Positions 17,701 through 26,379 of a stretch of 32,000 nt of DNA are shown here, one piece after another. Position numbers and translations under genes: made by a program. The stretch comes from Archaeoglobus fulgidus DSM 4304. GTDB lineage: Archaea > Halobacteriota > Archaeoglobi > Archaeoglobales > Archaeoglobaceae. The stretch spans positions 840,001-872,000 of the forward strand of contig NC_000917.1 in assembly GCF_000008665.1 (NCBI RefSeq). Direction: 5' to 3'. The notes beneath the pieces were generated by a model. The model ran no database searches, was not told where the DNA came from, and saw nothing but the letters and a program-made list of their open reading frames with translations. Within the stretch, counting starts at the first letter, position 1. The number at the start of each line of letters is the position of its first letter.

Positions 17701-17869
17701 CCTTCTTCCCCTTCTTGAATATCTTCTCAATTTCCATATCCATATACCTTCTCTTGTGCTCGCTTCCCAGAGCCTTCCGGTAATCGGCCCTCAACTGCTG
17801 GGAAGCAAGCTTTTCAAGGAGCTTTTCCTTCTCTTCATCATCCATGTCAAAGCTCTCTATGAAGTTCAT
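17690..17869 (-). CDS. Small charged 59-aa protein upstream of and overlapping the TPR gene (below the track length cutoff)
   Basis: ATG at 17869 gives MNFIESFDMDDEEKEKLLEKLASQQLRADYRKALGSEHKRRYMDMEIEKIFKKGKKDER then TGA (17690-17692), overlapping the TPR ATG (17698-17700). Confidence 0.6.
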   Translation of the reverse strand: MNFIESFDMDDEEKEKLLEKLASQQLRADYRKALGSEHKRRYMDMEIEKIFKKGKKDER

Positions 17870-17922
17870 TTAAACCTTCTGGAAGGCCAAAGTTTTTTTA
17901 CCCACTCGTTATTTGCTAATCC

Positions 17923-19392
17923 GTGCAAGTCAAAATCCTTGATACAACACTCAGGGATGGAGAGCAAACACCCGGCGTTTCGCTGAGCGTGGAGCAGAAG
18001 GTGATGATAGCCGAGGCCTTGGACAACCTCGGAGTTGACATCATCGAAGCCGGAACTGCCATAGCCTCTGAGGGAGACTTTCAGGCAATAAAGGAAATCT
18101 CGCAGAGAGGTCTGAATGCGGAGATATGCAGCTTTGCGAGAATCAAAAGGGAAGACATAGATGCCGCTGCCGATGCCGGGGCCGAATCAATCTTCATGGT
18201 TGCCCCTTCATCCGACATACACATCAACGCCAAGTTTCCGGGAAAGGACAGGGACTACGTCATCGAAAAGAGCGTTGAGGCCATTGAGTATGCCAAGGAA
18301 AGAGGTCTGATAGTCGAGTTTGGAGCTGAAGACGCTTCAAGGGCGGATTTGGACTTTGTAATTCAGCTTTTCAAGAGGGCAGAGGAGGCTAAGGCTGACA
18401 GAATTACCTTTGCCGACACCGTAGGAGTTCTTTCCCCCGAAAAGATGGAGGAGATAGTAAGGAAAATCAAGGCCAAAGTTAAGCTGCCGCTCGCAATCCA
18501 CTGCCACGACGATTTTGGTCTCGCTACTGCGAACACAATCTTCGGAATAAAGGCCGGAGCCGAGGAGTTTCACGGAACCATTAATGGTCTGGGGGAGAGA
18601 GCGGGTAATGCAGCAATAGAGGAGGTCGTTATTGCCCTTGAGTACCTCTACGGAATCAAGACGAAAATCAAAAAGGAGAGGCTGTACAACACCTCAAAAC
18701 TCGTCGAAAAGCTTTCAAGAGTTGTCGTCCCTCCAAACAAGCCGATTGTGGGCGACAACGCCTTCACGCACGAAAGCGGAATACACACCTCGGCCCTTTT
18801 CCGGGATGCAAAGTCCTACGAGCCAATATCTCCCGAAGTTGTCGGAAGAAAGAGGGTCATCGTTCTTGGAAAGCACGCAGGCAGGGCTAGCGTGGAGGCA
18901 ATAATGAACGAGCTTGGATACAAGGCAACGCCGGAGCAGATGAAGGAAATCCTCGCAAGGATCAAGGAGATTGGAGACAAGGGCAAGAGGGTTACGGACG
19001 CAGACGTCAGAACGATAATCGAGACGGTTCTGCAGATAAAGAGGGAAAAGAAGGTCAAGCTCGAAGACCTAGCAATCTTCAGCGGTAAAAACGTCATGCC
19101 GATGGCAAGCGTGAAGCTCAAAATCGACGGTCAGGAAAGGATAGAGGCCGCTGTTGGCCTTGGACCTGTTGACGCGGCAATAAACGCCATAAGAAGGGCC
19201 ATAAAGGAGTTTGCCGACATAAAGCTCGTGAGCTACCACGTTGACGCAATAACCGGCGGAACTGATGCCCTTGTTGACGTGGTCGTGCAGCTGAAGAAGG
19301 ACAACAAAATCGTGACAGCAAGGGGTGCGAGAACGGATATAATCATGGCTTCAGTTGAGGCATTCATTGAAGGCATTAATATGCTCTTTTAA
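17923..19392 (+). CDS. leuA: 2-isopropylmalate synthase family enzyme (LeuA/citramalate synthase family)
   Basis: [65 protein letters not shown] and a C-terminal regulatory LeuA-dimer domain. GTG start. Confidence 0.9.
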   Translation: MQVKILDTTLRDGEQTPGVSLSVEQKVMIAEALDNLGVDIIEAGTAIASEGDFQAIKEISQRGLNAEICSFARIKREDIDAAADAGAESIFMVAPSSDIHINAKFPGKDRDYVIEKSVEAIEYAKERGLIVEFGAEDASRADLDFVIQLFKRAEEAKADRITFADTVGVLSPEKMEEIVRKIKAKVKLPLAIHCHDDFGLATANTIFGIKAGAEEFHGTINGLGERAGNAAIEEVVIALEYLYGIKTKIKKERLYNTSKLVEKLSRVVVPPNKPIVGDNAFTHESGIHTSALFRDAKSYEPISPEVVGRKRVIVLGKHAGRASVEAIMNELGYKATPEQMKEILARIKEIGDKGKRVTDADVRTIIETVLQIKREKKVKLEDLAIFSGKNVMPMASVKLKIDGQERIEAAVGLGPVDAAINAIRRAIKEFADIKLVSYHVDAITGGTDALVDVVVQLKKDNKIVTARGARTDIIMASVEAFIEGINMLF

Positions 19393-19399
19393 TAATTTA

Positions 19400-20065
19400 T
19401 TACATGAACATTTCCTTAACAAGCTTCTCCGCTCCATCACCCTCCCCGAAGTAAATGGCTTTTCCACCAACAAGAACGCAGGTTTTCTCCGACATAGGAA
19501 AGACCTCGTTTATTTCGTCGTGAGTAACAACCACCACCCCGCTCTTCTTTGAAGCTTCGTGAATTAGCTCAACAACTCTCCCCCTGACCTCCCTGAAGAG
19601 ACCCTGAAAGGGCTCGTCAAGAAGAAGGTATTTCGGATTGGAGATGAAAGCCCTCGCCAGCACCACCATCTGCCTCTCCCCACCGCTGAGCTTTCCAGCC
19701 CTCTTATTCGCCAGCGGCCTAAGCTCTGGAAAGAGCTCAAAGGCCCTCTCAACATCCCCAGCAATGGCGAGGTTCTCCTCAACTGTAAGCTTCTTCGCCA
19801 CCCTCAGCCTCTCAGGGGCCAAAGTTAAACCAAGCCTGAACCTCTCAGATGGTTTCAGCGCAGTCACATCTTCCCCATCAAGAAAAACCCTTCCCTCATG
19901 CTCCACCACCCCCATCATCGCCTTCAGCAGTGTGGACTTGCCGCTTCCGTTGGGGCCGAGAACAAGCATGATCTCTCTCCTCTCAACCCAACAGGTGACC
20001 TTTTTTAAAATCTCCCTCCCGTTAAGCTTTACACTGATATTCTCAGCCTTCAGCAAGCTTTCCAC
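19400..20065 (-). CDS. livF: Branched-chain amino acid-type ABC transporter ATP-binding protein, LivF-like
   Basis: LGPNGSGKSTLLKAMMG Walker A, KLSGGERQMVVLARAF signature and YLLLDEPFQG Walker B. Last gene in a livKHMGF order. Confidence 0.9.
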   Translation of the reverse strand: MESLLKAENISVKLNGREILKKVTCWVERREIMLVLGPNGSGKSTLLKAMMGVVEHEGRVFLDGEDVTALKPSERFRLGLTLAPERLRVAKKLTVEENLAIAGDVERAFELFPELRPLANKRAGKLSGGERQMVVLARAFISNPKYLLLDEPFQGLFREVRGRVVELIHEASKKSGVVVVTHDEINEVFPMSEKTCVLVGGKAIYFGEGDGAEKLVKEMFM

Positions 20066-20681
20066 CCCTCATCTCGTAGCTTTTGTCAGCTAAATCCCTT
20101 AAAAGCTTCATTCTGTGGGCGGTAATCAACGCTGGAACCCCCTCTTTCTTAATCTTCCTGAGAATCCTCCTGACTCTCCTCGCATTCTCCACATCAAGCC
20201 CCGAAAAGGGCTCATCGAGGAGCAAAAGCTTTGGCTGCATCGCTAAAGCCCTCCCGATTTCCAGCAACCTAAGCTCCCCCTGAGATAGCTTCCCCGCCCT
20301 CTCCTCCTTTAAAGCATCGAGCCCGACAAACTCGCAAATCTCCTCCGCCCTCTCCATTGCCTCTCTGTATCTCTTTGAGAGCAGAAGAGGTGTAGCAATG
20401 TTCTCCACAACGCTCAAATTCTTGAAGGGCCTTGAAATCTGAAAAACCATTGATATTCCCATTCTGGCAATTTTCTCCGCCTTCATCGCCGTTATGTCCT
20501 CTCCCTCAAAAATTATCCTCCCGCAGGTGGGCTTTTCAAGTCCGGCTATGATTTTCAGAAGTGTGGACTTACCGCTACCATTTGGCCCGAAAATTCCAAC
20601 AAATCCCTCTACCTCAAGATTTATTCCCCTCAACACCACATTTCCGTTGTAAACCTTTGAGAGGTCAATCACTCTGAGCAT
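20043..20681 (-). CDS. livG: Branched-chain amino acid-type ABC transporter ATP-binding protein, LivG-like
   Basis: FGPNGSGKSTLLKIIAG, ISMVFQISRPFKNLSVVEN, KLSQGELRLLEIGRALA and LLLLDEPFSGLD. Confidence 0.9.
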   Translation of the reverse strand: MLRVIDLSKVYNGNVVLRGINLEVEGFVGIFGPNGSGKSTLLKIIAGLEKPTCGRIIFEGEDITAMKAEKIARMGISMVFQISRPFKNLSVVENIATPLLLSKRYREAMERAEEICEFVGLDALKEERAGKLSQGELRLLEIGRALAMQPKLLLLDEPFSGLDVENARRVRRILRKIKKEGVPALITAHRMKLLRDLADKSYEMRGGKLAEG

Positions 20682-21522
20682 TCCACCACCTGCTCAGCTT
20701 TGGGGAGAGAATGAGCACCGCAGCGTAAAGCAAGAGATGGGCTTCAGGCAGCACTCCCGAAAAGGCCCTTGAAACCACCACAACAACGTAGCTACCAACT
20801 ACAGGCGAAATCAGCCTTTTTCCTGCAATTAGAGTTGCTATGTAGGGAAGCAGAGCAACCTCCATCGAGAAAATTTCAGGCGAGGCATGGCCGAAGTAAA
20901 GCAGGTAGCAAACCCCAGCCAGAGTTGCCAATATCACGGAAATCAGAAAGCTCACAGCCCTGATTTTCAAAACGTCAATTCCCACCGCCCTCGCAGCGAC
21001 CTCATCATCCCTAACAGCCTCGATTTTAAGGCCGAGAGCCGACCTCTTTACTGCCATCAGGAAAAAAACCGTAAGAGTCAAAAGAAGGGAGGCGAGGAGG
21101 TAGGAGTTAAGGAGGCCAATTGATGTAAAGCCAAAACCCTCCTCACCACCAACCATTTCCCCATTTTTCTCAACTACGATGTAGTGGGAGAGGTACCAGA
21201 AAATGACTGCCGTGAAAAAGGTTGCAAAGGGAAAGTTCTCTCTGCCGAGTCTACTCAAGCCAAGAAAGATGAGGAGAGAGGCAACGACTGAGAGTAAAAT
21301 CAGGAAGGGATTTATGGCAAGGCAGTAGGCTGCGAGGCCAAAGGGGATTGAGTGAGAAAGACTGACCCAGCCTGCCCTTCTCTCCATGAAGTACCATGAA
21401 AGCGATAGGGTGGAGTAAATCATCGCCAAAGCTGCAACCGATACTGCAAAGCTGCTCTGAAAGGTTGCTGGCAGAAGAATCAGAAGGGCGAGGAGCAGCA
21501 ATTCTGCCTTCAGGGCAACCAC
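20665..21522 (-). CDS. livM: Branched-chain amino acid-type ABC transporter permease, LivM-like
   Basis: Multi-TM protein with GWVSLSHSIPFGLAAY and the permease signature LGLKIEAVRDDEVAARAVGIDVLKIRAVSFLISVILATLAG. Confidence 0.9.
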   Translation of the reverse strand: MVALKAELLLLALLILLPATFQSSFAVSVAALAMIYSTLSLSWYFMERRAGWVSLSHSIPFGLAAYCLAINPFLILLSVVASLLIFLGLSRLGRENFPFATFFTAVIFWYLSHYIVVEKNGEMVGGEEGFGFTSIGLLNSYLLASLLLTLTVFFLMAVKRSALGLKIEAVRDDEVAARAVGIDVLKIRAVSFLISVILATLAGVCYLLYFGHASPEIFSMEVALLPYIATLIAGKRLISPVVGSYVVVVVSRAFSGVLPEAHLLLYAAVLILSPKLSRWWNAQSD

Positions 21523-22235
21523 CCCACCAGAATTGAGTAGGCGAGGGCGATGGGGAAGGTTGCTGCGTACTTCCTGAAGGTGTTGCCCGCTGCTGCTGCA
21601 AGTGACGCTACAATTACTGCAACAACCATAACGCTCCAGCCCATCGCCGGATGAAGGATGTGGGTGGGGGAAAGCAAAGCACCATTCAGGCAGACCAAAG
21701 CCGACGAAAGAGATACAGCAATAAGCCTTATTCTTTCCGTCCTGACTCCGTAAATCTCCGCCAACTCCCAGTCCTCCTCCATGAACTTCAGCTCAAGCCC
21801 TCTTCTTGAATTCAGTATCAGGCCAAAAACCACGAGAAGAGAAGATAAAACAGCAGCATTCAGGATTTCGTGGATTTCCAGAGTCTCCCCATAAAATTCT
21901 AAGTAGCTCGCCTCCACAATCTGATAGTAGGCACTTCTGAATAGAATTCTGAGTAGCTCCTCAATGGCAATGGCAAATCCCAGAGATACCACGGTAGCCT
22001 CGCCCACAGACAACCTTTCAGTTAACTTCGAAAGTATGGCACCAACCAGAAATCCTGCCAGAAGTGATGCAAGCACAGATAGCTCCTCAACTGCAAGGTA
22101 GAGGTAAGCTCCCAGCGTAAAGAGGGATGCAAAGGTGAGGTTCAGCATTCTGCCGAGCTTGTAGTTCAGGATTACTGCAGAGGCGAAAAAGGATAAAAAA
22201 ATTGCTGTAAAAACTGCTGAAATCATTCCGGCCAC
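21510..22235 (-). CDS. livH: Branched-chain amino acid-type ABC transporter permease, LivH-like
   Basis: Multi-TM protein with LNLTFASLFTLGAYLY and AEIYGVRTERIRLIAVSLSSALVCLNGAL, positioned between LivM and LivK. Confidence 0.87.
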   Translation of the reverse strand: MAGMISAVFTAIFLSFFASAVILNYKLGRMLNLTFASLFTLGAYLYLAVEELSVLASLLAGFLVGAILSKLTERLSVGEATVVSLGFAIAIEELLRILFRSAYYQIVEASYLEFYGETLEIHEILNAAVLSSLLVVFGLILNSRRGLELKFMEEDWELAEIYGVRTERIRLIAVSLSSALVCLNGALLSPTHILHPAMGWSVMVVAVIVASLAAAAGNTFRKYAATFPIALAYSILVGWLP

Positions 22236-23395
22236 ACTACTTGTGAGGTGGCAAATTCGGGCGGATAAACAACTTCCACTTTGCCGTTAACGAACTCTCC
22301 AATCGTTCCCTTCAGCTCCTCGCTTCCCCAGAGCGCCTGATGGTTTTCGTTAAACCTGTAAATCCCAGCAGCTCCCTTAAAGCTTCCTGATTCAAGCGTT
22401 TCGATAAGCTTCTCCTTTCCACCCTTTTCGAAGGCCTGCGAGAGAATCATTATGGAGTCGTAGGTGAGCAGCCCTGCGTAGTTGTTGGCATCTTCCCCAA
22501 ACTTTGCTTTGTAGTCGGCAAAGTACTTGGCAGTTAAATCGGTTTTCTCCGTCTCTTCAAGCGCAGCGGCCTGAAAGGCAGTGTAGCCAGCATTGAGCTT
22601 TTTCAGAGTTGCGGGCAAAGCGAGGGCACCTCCAACAGAGTAAATTATGCCTTTACCCCCATTCGCCCTGTACTCCTTCAGGAAGTTAATTGAAACTCCT
22701 CCGGGGTCACCAAGGATTATTGCATCCCTCTCGCCAGCCCTTTCAGCAATCTGCTTCGCAACATTCTTGTAGTCATCAGGCGAGACGCTTGGAGACTTGT
22801 AGTAAACCTCCAGCTCAGGCTCTCCATACAGCTCATTGATTTTTGCGAGCATTCCCTGATTGAAGGTTTTCAGCGGGTCGTAGCCGACGAAGTAGTATTT
22901 ATCTGGCTTCGATAAGCTGAGAAACTCAGCAGCCAGAACACCCCAGTATGTGGTGTTGTAAGCAGTTCTGAAAACGTACCTGTTCCCCTCTGTAACCTTC
23001 TTCTCTATCACACCCGTCGATGCCACGCTAACCAGATAAACAACCTTGTTTTCCCCAGCAGCATCGGCAACAACCATTGCCTGCGGGCTTGAGTATGCCC
23101 CAACAACAGCATCAACCTTCTGTGAGACTAAATACTCAAAGGCAGTTTTCGCCTTTTCTGGAGAGTCGCCGCAGTCGGCAAAAACAAGCTCGACATTACC
23201 GGCATGCTCAGCAGCAAGCTCAGCAGCATTCTTCATCGCAACTCCGGCGGAGGAATAAAGGCCAGTTTCGGGGATGAGAACTCCAACCTTTATTTTCTCC
23301 TCAGGTTGGGGCTGGGTAGGTTGAGCGGGTTGTGTGCAACCAAGGATAAACACAGTCAATAAAATAAGGGAAAATACAACTCTAAAATCTTTCAC
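22223..23395 (-). CDS. livK: Branched-chain amino acid-type ABC transporter periplasmic-binding lipoprotein, LivK-like
   Basis: Lipobox-like VVFSLILLTVFILGCTQP, then IKVGVLIPETGLYSSAGVAMKNAAELA and VDAVVGAYSSPQAMVVADAA of the type I substrate-binding fold. Confidence 0.92.
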   Translation of the reverse strand: MKDFRVVFSLILLTVFILGCTQPAQPTQPQPEEKIKVGVLIPETGLYSSAGVAMKNAAELAAEHAGNVELVFADCGDSPEKAKTAFEYLVSQKVDAVVGAYSSPQAMVVADAAGENKVVYLVSVASTGVIEKKVTEGNRYVFRTAYNTTYWGVLAAEFLSLSKPDKYYFVGYDPLKTFNQGMLAKINELYGEPELEVYYKSPSVSPDDYKNVAKQIAERAGERDAIILGDPGGVSINFLKEYRANGGKGIIYSVGGALALPATLKKLNAGYTAFQAAALEETEKTDLTAKYFADYKAKFGEDANNYAGLLTYDSIMILSQAFEKGGKEKLIETLESGSFKGAAGIYRFNENHQALWGSEELKGTIGEFVNGKVEVVYPPEFATSQVVWPE

Positions 23396-24171
23396 TCCCT
23401 CTCCCTCCTGAAGTCAGCTTTCCTTTTCTCCACGAAGGCCTTTATCCCCTCTTCCGCATCGGGAGATGAGAAGGAGAGGGCGAAGAGGTCCCTCTCATAC
23501 ATTATACCATCTCTCAGCCCCATCTTGAAGCCCCTGTTCACGGCCTGCTTAACCAGCATTACTGCGTAGGGAGACTTGCTCTTGATGACCTCTGCCATCT
23601 TTTTTGCTTCATCCATCAACTTATCGTGCTCCACAACCTTATTTACCAAGCCGAGCCTGTAGGCTTCCTCTGCGGAGATTCTCTCTCCCGTGAGGCAGAG
23701 CTCCATGGCCTTCTTCCAGCCCACTATCCTGGCAAGCCTCTGCGTTCCTCCCGCTCCGGGAATGATGCCGAGGTTAATTTCAGGCTGACCGAAGCTCGCC
23801 CTCTCGCTTGCTATTATAATATCACACGCCATCGCAATCTCACAGCCCCCACCAAGGGCAAAGCCGTTTATGGCTGCTATCACCGGCACCTCCAAATCCT
23901 CCATCTCCTCAAGAACTTTGCCGAGCTCCTCAATTGTGCTTCTCGCAACAAAATGGGAGGATTCAGAGAACATCTTTATGTCCGCTCCAGCACAGAAGGC
24001 CTTCCCCTCTCCAGTGAGGACGATAACTCTCACAGTCTTGTTGTTCCTCGCATAATCAACGACTTCTCTCAGCCCTTTAACGAAGTCCTTGTTTATAGCG
24101 TTGAGCGCTTCGGGACGGTTGAACTTCACCCACAGAACTCCGTCTTCCTCTCTGTATTCAACTGCAGCCAT
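23392..24171 (-). CDS. Enoyl-CoA hydratase (crotonase family)
   Basis: GKAFCAGADIKMF, INGFALGGGCEIAMACDIIIASERASFGQPEINLGIIPGAGGTQRL. Both catalytic Glu positions appear present. Confidence 0.95.
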   Translation of the reverse strand: MAAVEYREEDGVLWVKFNRPEALNAINKDFVKGLREVVDYARNNKTVRVIVLTGEGKAFCAGADIKMFSESSHFVARSTIEELGKVLEEMEDLEVPVIAAINGFALGGGCEIAMACDIIIASERASFGQPEINLGIIPGAGGTQRLARIVGWKKAMELCLTGERISAEEAYRLGLVNKVVEHDKLMDEAKKMAEVIKSKSPYAVMLVKQAVNRGFKMGLRDGIMYERDLFALSFSSPDAEEGIKAFVEKRKADFRRERE

Positions 24172-24175
24172 AATT

Positions 24176-25360
24176 TCACGTCCTGTAGCTCTTCGGCATG
24201 CCGAGGATGTGCTCCGCTATGAAGTTCAGCGCCATCTGCTGCGTCACTGGAGCGAGGCGAATCAGATTGATTTCTCTCCACCACCTCTCCACGTCGTACT
24301 CTTTAGCGTAGCCGTAGCCGCCGAAGGTCTGCATTGCCCAGTAAACCGCCTTAATGCCAGCCTCAACAGCCACAGCTTTAGCCATGTTGGCAGCAGCCCC
24401 AACTTCTCTGTAGTGTGCCCCCTGATCAAAGAGAGTTGCTGCCTTGAAGTTCATCAGTTCCGCACATTCGAGGGTAGCGTAAGCCTCAGCTAAGGGGAAC
24501 TGCAGGCCCTGATAGCTCCCGATGGGGTCTGCAAAAACCTTGCGCTGCTTTGAATACTCAACAGCCTTGCTTATTGCCAATCTGCTGATGCCGATGGCAG
24601 CAGTTGTGAAGCTCATTCTTTCAGGGTTGAGTGTGTCGAGCAGGTGATACCACCCGCCATCGAGGGGCGGGATGAGGGCGTTTTCAGGCAGTCTCAAATT
24701 GTTGAAGCTCACCTCGCAGGTCTTTGAGTAGTTTATCCCGTGCTTTGGAATTGGGTTAACCTTAACTGCATCGTTGGGAAGATCAGCAAGGAAAAGGCTT
24801 ATGCCGTGAGTTTTCTTCTCAGCCTTCTCCCTCGGCGTCGTTCTGGCGATGATGAGCATTCCCTTCGCCCTGTCCGCCCCGCTGATGAAAATCTTGTTTC
24901 CGTTTATAACCCACTCGTCACCATCCTTCACGGCAGTGGTTCTTATTGCCAAAGTGTTTGTGCCCGCATCAGGCTCCGTTAAGGCCATGCAGAACTCCAT
25001 CTCCCCCTTGGCAATCTTCGGCAAATACTTCTCTTTGTGCTCCTCAGTTCCGTGTCTGACGATGGTAAGGGCACCAAAAACCTCCGTCAGAACCATGTAC
25101 CAGACTCCAGCCATCCCGCAGCCGTTGGCAGCGAGCTCTTCCATTGCAATGAGCAGCTCTGTCATCCCGTAGCCGCCACCACCGTATTCCTCTGGAATAA
25201 CAATGCCCATGAAGCCCGCATCGCTTATCGCCTTGAAAAACTCCTCCGCAAACTCACCATTCTCCTCCTTCTCCCTCCAGTACTCGGGCGGAAAGTCCTT
25301 TGCAATGTCTCTCGCAGCGTTTGCAATCATTCTCTGCTCTTCGCTAAGCTCAAAATTCAT
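24176..25360 (-). CDS. Acyl-CoA dehydrogenase
   Basis: FCMALTEPDAGTNTLAIRTTA, WVINGNKIFISGADRA and MQTFGGYGYAKEYDVERWWRE. The ER dyad in LNPERMSF is a candidate IVD/LCAD-type catalytic base. Confidence 0.95.
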   Translation of the reverse strand: MNFELSEEQRMIANAARDIAKDFPPEYWREKEENGEFAEEFFKAISDAGFMGIVIPEEYGGGGYGMTELLIAMEELAANGCGMAGVWYMVLTEVFGALTIVRHGTEEHKEKYLPKIAKGEMEFCMALTEPDAGTNTLAIRTTAVKDGDEWVINGNKIFISGADRAKGMLIIARTTPREKAEKKTHGISLFLADLPNDAVKVNPIPKHGINYSKTCEVSFNNLRLPENALIPPLDGGWYHLLDTLNPERMSFTTAAIGISRLAISKAVEYSKQRKVFADPIGSYQGLQFPLAEAYATLECAELMNFKAATLFDQGAHYREVGAAANMAKAVAVEAGIKAVYWAMQTFGGYGYAKEYDVERWWREINLIRLAPVTQQMALNFIAEHILGMPKSYRT

Positions 25361-25377
25361 AAAATCACCTCAAAAAA

Positions 25378-25848
25378 TTAAAGGGGCTTGAAGTAGAGGA
25401 TGTCGGTGATTTTGCCCTCTCTTTCCTCCTTTGGCTTCAGAACGGGCTTTACCTTCATCCCCACCTCAACCTGCTCTGGCTCCACCTCGCCGAGTAGGTG
25501 GATGAGACAACCATCAGTGCCGTCAATGTCAATTACAGCGTAAATCTCGGGCTTCTCAAGCGGGTTCTCGTAGGCGTCGAGCCTTGCAACGGTGAAGGCT
25601 CTCACACATCCCTCCCCACTAACCTCCACAAACTCAGTATCGCTGAAGTCCTTCTCGCAGTAGATGCGGGGCGGGAAGTAAACCTTTCCGCACTTTTTGC
25701 ACTTCGCTGCAATAAACTTCTCCTCATCCTTCAGTTTCTTGAAGAACTCGTCTCCCGCTTTGCCGCTTGTGTAAATCCAGTAAAGCTCTATTTTACCATC
25801 CCAGTGCCTCAACTCCTTGGGATTAACAATCTTCTCTATCATCTTCAC
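25378..25848 (-). CDS. DUF35 OB-fold acyl-CoA-binding zinc-ribbon-like protein
   Basis: CKKCGKVYFPPRIYCEKDF, then GCVRAFTVARLD and VGMKVKPVLKP. The fourth zinc ligand position is not Cys. Confidence 0.9.
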   Translation of the reverse strand: MKMIEKIVNPKELRHWDGKIELYWIYTSGKAGDEFFKKLKDEEKFIAAKCKKCGKVYFPPRIYCEKDFSDTEFVEVSGEGCVRAFTVARLDAYENPLEKPEIYAVIDIDGTDGCLIHLLGEVEPEQVEVGMKVKPVLKPKEEREGKITDILYFKPL

Positions 25849-26375
25849 CCCTCCAACGGCTTCCAGTACTTAATGTCTGTAATCGCTCCCTCCCTCTCCT
25901 CTTCGCTCTTCCACACTGCTTTGACCTTCATTCCGATGTAAACGTCCTCAGGCTTCACTTCATCGAGAATGTGCATGATTCCCATGTGCGGTGAGGCTCC
26001 ATCTATGGAAATCACTGCAACAATAACCGGCTCAGGCAGTGGCCTCGCATCGGGGTCGATGTAGGATATAGAGAAGGTCTCAACCGTCCCCGTATCTTTA
26101 AGCTCAACCCATCCGTCGATGGGCTTGTAGCAGAGCTCACAGAACATTCTGGGTGGAACCATAACTCTACCGCACTTGTTGCACTTCACACCCAAAATTT
26201 TGCCCTCCTTCAGGCCGTTAAGAAACTTGCTTATCGCCTGTCCTGCAGTCCACGAGTAGCGGATGTCAGGGTGGTCCTCAACGTAGGTAACCCTCTTTTC
26301 CTTGATATCCGCATCGCTTAGCGGTGTGCCTTCAGCATAGGGAGGGCACTCAATATCCTTTTTGCCTACAGCCAT
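25845..26375 (-). CDS. DUF35 OB-fold acyl-CoA-binding zinc-ribbon protein
   Basis: CNKCGRVMVPPRMFCELC, then GTVETFSISYID and IGMKVKAVWKSEEEREGAITDIKYWKP. Start MAVGKKDIE at 26375 has the SD GAGGTGATAGG. Confidence 0.92.
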   Translation of the reverse strand: MAVGKKDIECPPYAEGTPLSDADIKEKRVTYVEDHPDIRYSWTAGQAISKFLNGLKEGKILGVKCNKCGRVMVPPRMFCELCYKPIDGWVELKDTGTVETFSISYIDPDARPLPEPVIVAVISIDGASPHMGIMHILDEVKPEDVYIGMKVKAVWKSEEEREGAITDIKYWKPLEG

Positions 26376-26379
26376 CCTA

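Noticed and set aside
17278-17718. 146-aa plus-strand ORF opposite the TPR gene
   Set aside because: The opposite strand has clear TPR repeats; no independent support for this frame.
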